Source: an uncultured delta proteobacterium
Lineage (GTDB): Bacteria; Desulfobacterota; Binatia; UBA9968
Reading direction: 5' to 3'
NCBI GenBank assembly: GCA_963745835.1
Contig: CAVUZH010000024.1
Location: 128,001-192,000 of the forward strand
Length of the DNA stretch: 64,000 nucleotides
The notes below the pieces were generated by a model. The model had not been told where the DNA came from. It made no database searches and saw only the letters and a program-made list of their open reading frames with translations. Positions 61,404 through 64,000 of this stretch are shown here, in pieces. A program made the position numbers and the translations under genes. Numbering within the stretch: position 1 is the stretch's first letter; each line of letters begins with the position of its first letter.

Positions 61404-62306
61404 CTATGATCCGCGCACTATCAACACCGGATCTTGGCAATGTCGCACGACCTTTTCAGTGACGCTGCCCAACACCCAGCGCTGTAATCCTGAACGTCCG
61501 TAAGGAGACATGGCGACCAAATTGTCCGGTGTCTTGCGGGCAAGGTTGATAATGGCATCCGCGGCTGACCCTTCGATTACTACTGTAGAAACTTCCGCAA
61601 CTCCTTGTGCCCGTAACAAACTAGCTCTGGAGTTCAAATAGTCCTCAGCTTCGTCCCTTATCTGATCCTTGAGCTCAACATAGTCAGGCACGTAGTAATC
61701 ATCTCCACCGTATGTCGGCAGCGGCAGCCCGTAAACTCGGATCAGAAGGACCTGCAGATCCAAAGCCTGAGCCAAAGCCGCAACAGGCGAAAGAATGGTT
61801 TCGGCGACGTCTGAACCGTCAAGAGGCACGATAACCGAACGCAATGCTGCTTCCCCATCGGTCTTCGAATTTCCAGGCGCACGCACCACCAGGAGCGGAT
61901 TGACCGTGCCGCGCAAAACTTTTTCAGTGACACTGCCCAGCAGCCAGCGAGTCACACCCGAACGGCCATGAGTGGCCATGGCAATCAGGGTGCCCCTGTC
62001 CGCGGATGCGGCCGCAATGATAATATCCTCGGGGCGGCCTTGTTCCACGTGGCAACGTACCTGGCCGTTGAGAAACGTTTGCGCCAATTTTTCGAGATAC
62101 TCTGTGCTGTTCCGTACAGCTTCTCTAACCAGCGCTCCTGCATATTCAGCTTGGTTGGAGGCAATGTCTTCGGCAATGTCAGCCATTTCAACTACACCGA
62201 GCAATTCGACCGCAACGCGGGCACCAGCCGCAAGTCGCCGCGCGTAGGGCAGCACGTCCTCCGCCGTCTTCGAGCCGTCTAACGGAATCAGCATTCGGCT
62301 AAACAT
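61404..62306 (-). CDS. Tandem-domain universal stress protein
   Basis: Two USP domains (IPLDGS...HGRSG...LGSVTEKV; VPLDGS...YGRSG...LGSVTEKV); GGAGG RBS. Confidence 0.93.
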   Translation of the reverse strand: MFSRMLIPLDGSKTAEDVLPYARRLAAGARVAVELLGVVEMADIAEDIASNQAEYAGALVREAVRNSTEYLEKLAQTFLNGQVRCHVEQGRPEDIIIAAASADRGTLIAMATHGRSGVTRWLLGSVTEKVLRGTVNPLLVVRAPGNSKTDGEAALRSVIVPLDGSDVAETILSPVAALAQALDLQVLLIRVYGLPLPTYGGDDYYVPDYVELKDQIRDEAEDYLNSRASLLRAQGVAEVSTVVIEGSAADAIINLARKTPDNLVAMSPYGRSGLQRWVLGSVTEKVVRHCQDPVLIVRGS

Positions 62307-62476
62307 AGTTCCTCCCTCGATGATAGACCCTAGTTCCATGCGGAGTCATTGCCATAATCGGAGCAATGTATCAGCTTTAAGAAATCATTAAGAGATTATT
62401 CTCGTATCCAGGACAGCCCACCACTTCGAATCTGCAAAACCCAAGCAGCGCAATAAGGAAATAAGTCGGCCACTTA

Positions 62477-62492
62477 TGGCATCTTTTTTGCG
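62477..62492 (+). promoter_or_regulatory. Putative sigma54 (-24/-12) promoter upstream of the DksA-like gene
   Basis: TGGCATCTTTTTTGC = GG-N10-GC with TGGCA and TTGC. Confidence 0.55.
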
Positions 62493-62631
62493 GTTTTTAC
62501 TGCTTATCGTCGCAGTTGTGTACCATCTTCCGGACGCGAGCAGCCTTTGCTTCATCCCTGAATCCACATGCAGATGAGTCTTTGATTATCGTCTTAACGG
62601 AATTCGCTTCTAACGGAAGGAGACCGCTCCG

Positions 62632-62970
62632 ATGCAGAGCAATATTGAGCCCCCTTACGCAGCCCGCTTGCGGAGCCGGCGTATGGAGGTCGAGAAAACT
62701 CTGGGACATCTTTCGACTGAGAGGCATCAGGTCGAAAGTAATACCGAGTGGCTGAATTACACCGCCTACAAAAGGCGAATAACTCTCCTTGATCGTGTCA
62801 CCGCGTGGTACCGTAGCGAGATGGCACAGATTGATAAAGCCCTTACCCGGGTCAAAGATAAGCGCTACGGTGTTTGCGTTGCTTGCCATAAGCCCATCGG
62901 GATGGAACACCTAGAGCTTGCGCCTGAATCAGAGCATTGCCCTTCGTGTCAATCGCTACAAGAACACTGA
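62632..62970 (+). CDS. TraR/DksA C4-type zinc finger protein
   Basis: IDKAL.R...YG.CVAC..PI...L...P...CPSC; GAAGGAG RBS. Confidence 0.85.
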   Translation: MQSNIEPPYAARLRSRRMEVEKTLGHLSTERHQVESNTEWLNYTAYKRRITLLDRVTAWYRSEMAQIDKALTRVKDKRYGVCVACHKPIGMEHLELAPESEHCPSCQSLQEH

Positions 62971-62977
62971 AGCAGGG

Positions 62978-64000
62978 TCAGCCCGTATTGCCAACAGTAC
63001 TCGACAATCGGCCTCGCAAAAACCGCTCGCTCCAACGCCTGAGATCTTTAATGGAATTGTCCGCATACAGCTCGAGGCAGACCTCGGCAGAGCATTCTCC
63101 AAACGGTTCCTCTCTCGATTTTTGCTCCAAATAAATTTCCCAGCGTCCGTCCGATACTTCATTTTCATTCCTCGCCCGCTGACGTAAACGGGTTTGAGTA
63201 AGGTTGTCGGAAGCGACACAATGCAAGAAGTACACGGGCACACGATGCCGCGCCGCAACGGCAACGAGTTTCTCCCGGTAACGTCTTTGCGCGAAAGTGG
63301 CATCTAACAGCACGCTCCGGCTCTGCGAAAGGTTTCGATCGGTTTGATCAAACATTTTGTCGTAGGTGTTTTCGGTGATTTCAGGGCTATAAATTCCCTG
63401 GTTAATTGGCACTCCCCTGCCGCTCTTACCCGTAAGCTCTTTGCGCACCACGTCTGAGTTGATCACAGATATCCCGATTCGCTCACCCAGCTCACGGGCC
63501 AAGGTCGACTTGCCGCTGCCAGTCAGACCACAAACCACCACCACAAACGGTCCGTATGGGCTCCAGGTCTGTCGTCCGGCGATGGTGAAATATTTTACCG
63601 AGGCGGCGCTCGCGCCGGCGCGTAACACTTCGACCTTGCCGCGAATCAATGCGCGGTAACATTTATAGAATGGCAGCAAGACGCTAAGACTGAAATCATT
63701 TATGAGATCGCGATATCGCATCAGGAACGCTTCGCCCAAAGGGGCACCGCCGCGAGCCTCCAAGTCCATCAGCAAAAAGCCAATCTCCGAGGCGGGATCG
63801 CACAAACGCAGTTGCGGATCGAATTCTACGCAGTCGAAGATCTGAATTCCTTCCGGCGCAAAACAGACATGCTCGCAATGCAAATCGCCGTGCCCGTCGC
63901 GCACCCAGCCGTCGGATGCGCGCCGCGAGATCAGTTCCCGGTTTTGATCGAGGAAGTTGTCGCCGAACGCTTTGATGGCCGCAAAATCGTCGGCGTCGAT
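62978..64000 (-). CDS. Aminoglycoside-phosphotransferase-like / AAA_33 kinase fusion (Rv2004c-like), 5' end outside the window
   Basis: Frame open to the window edge; RDGHGDLH, FDCVEF, YRA.IRGKV, Walker A GLTGSGKST, SDVVRKEL, LDATF. Confidence 0.88.
   Translation of the reverse strand: MDADDFAAIKAFGDNFLDQNRELISRRASDGWVRDGHGDLHCEHVCFAPEGIQIFDCVEFDPQLRLCDPASEIGFLLMDLEARGGAPLGEAFLMRYRDLINDFSLSVLLPFYKCYRALIRGKVEVLRAGASAASVKYFTIAGRQTWSPYGPFVVVVCGLTGSGKSTLARELGERIGISVINSDVVRKELTGKSGRGVPINQGIYSPEITENTYDKMFDQTDRNLSQSRSVLLDATFAQRRYREKLVAVAARHRVPVYFLHCVASDNLTQTRLRQRARNENEVSDGRWEIYLEQKSREEPFGECSAEVCLELYADNSIKDLRRWSERFLRGRLSSTVGNTG

Overview
Bacterial chromosomal window of moderate GC. The many orphan SsuA/NMT1 and TctC solute-binding proteins, amidohydrolase, deltaproteobacterial-type IclR, PagL and F420-type enzymes suggest a Binatota/deltaproteobacteria-like diderm (inference). 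It holds about 55 CDS; I recognised no rRNA, tRNA, CRISPR array or transposase. Main blocks in order: tandem exported methyltransferases; an ABC transporter; an Rrf2 + sulfite/nitrite reductase + siroheme operon with clustered frameshifts; an 11-kb oxidative heme locus; tldD/pmbA; an archaeal-type GAPDH-like gene; trpEG behind an unannotated Trp-Trp leader-peptide attenuator; a free-standing archaeal-type ThrRS editing domain; a molybdo-flavoenzyme; an ECF42-type sigma factor with YciI; and a USP/BON/DksA stress block. The heme locus is the best candidate for an undescribed system. It combines three RoxA-like di-heme c cytochromes, a GMC oxidoreductase, a small conserved protein and a convergent secreted alpha-dioxygenase-like heme enzyme. 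All family calls come from motif recognition by eye, not database searches.
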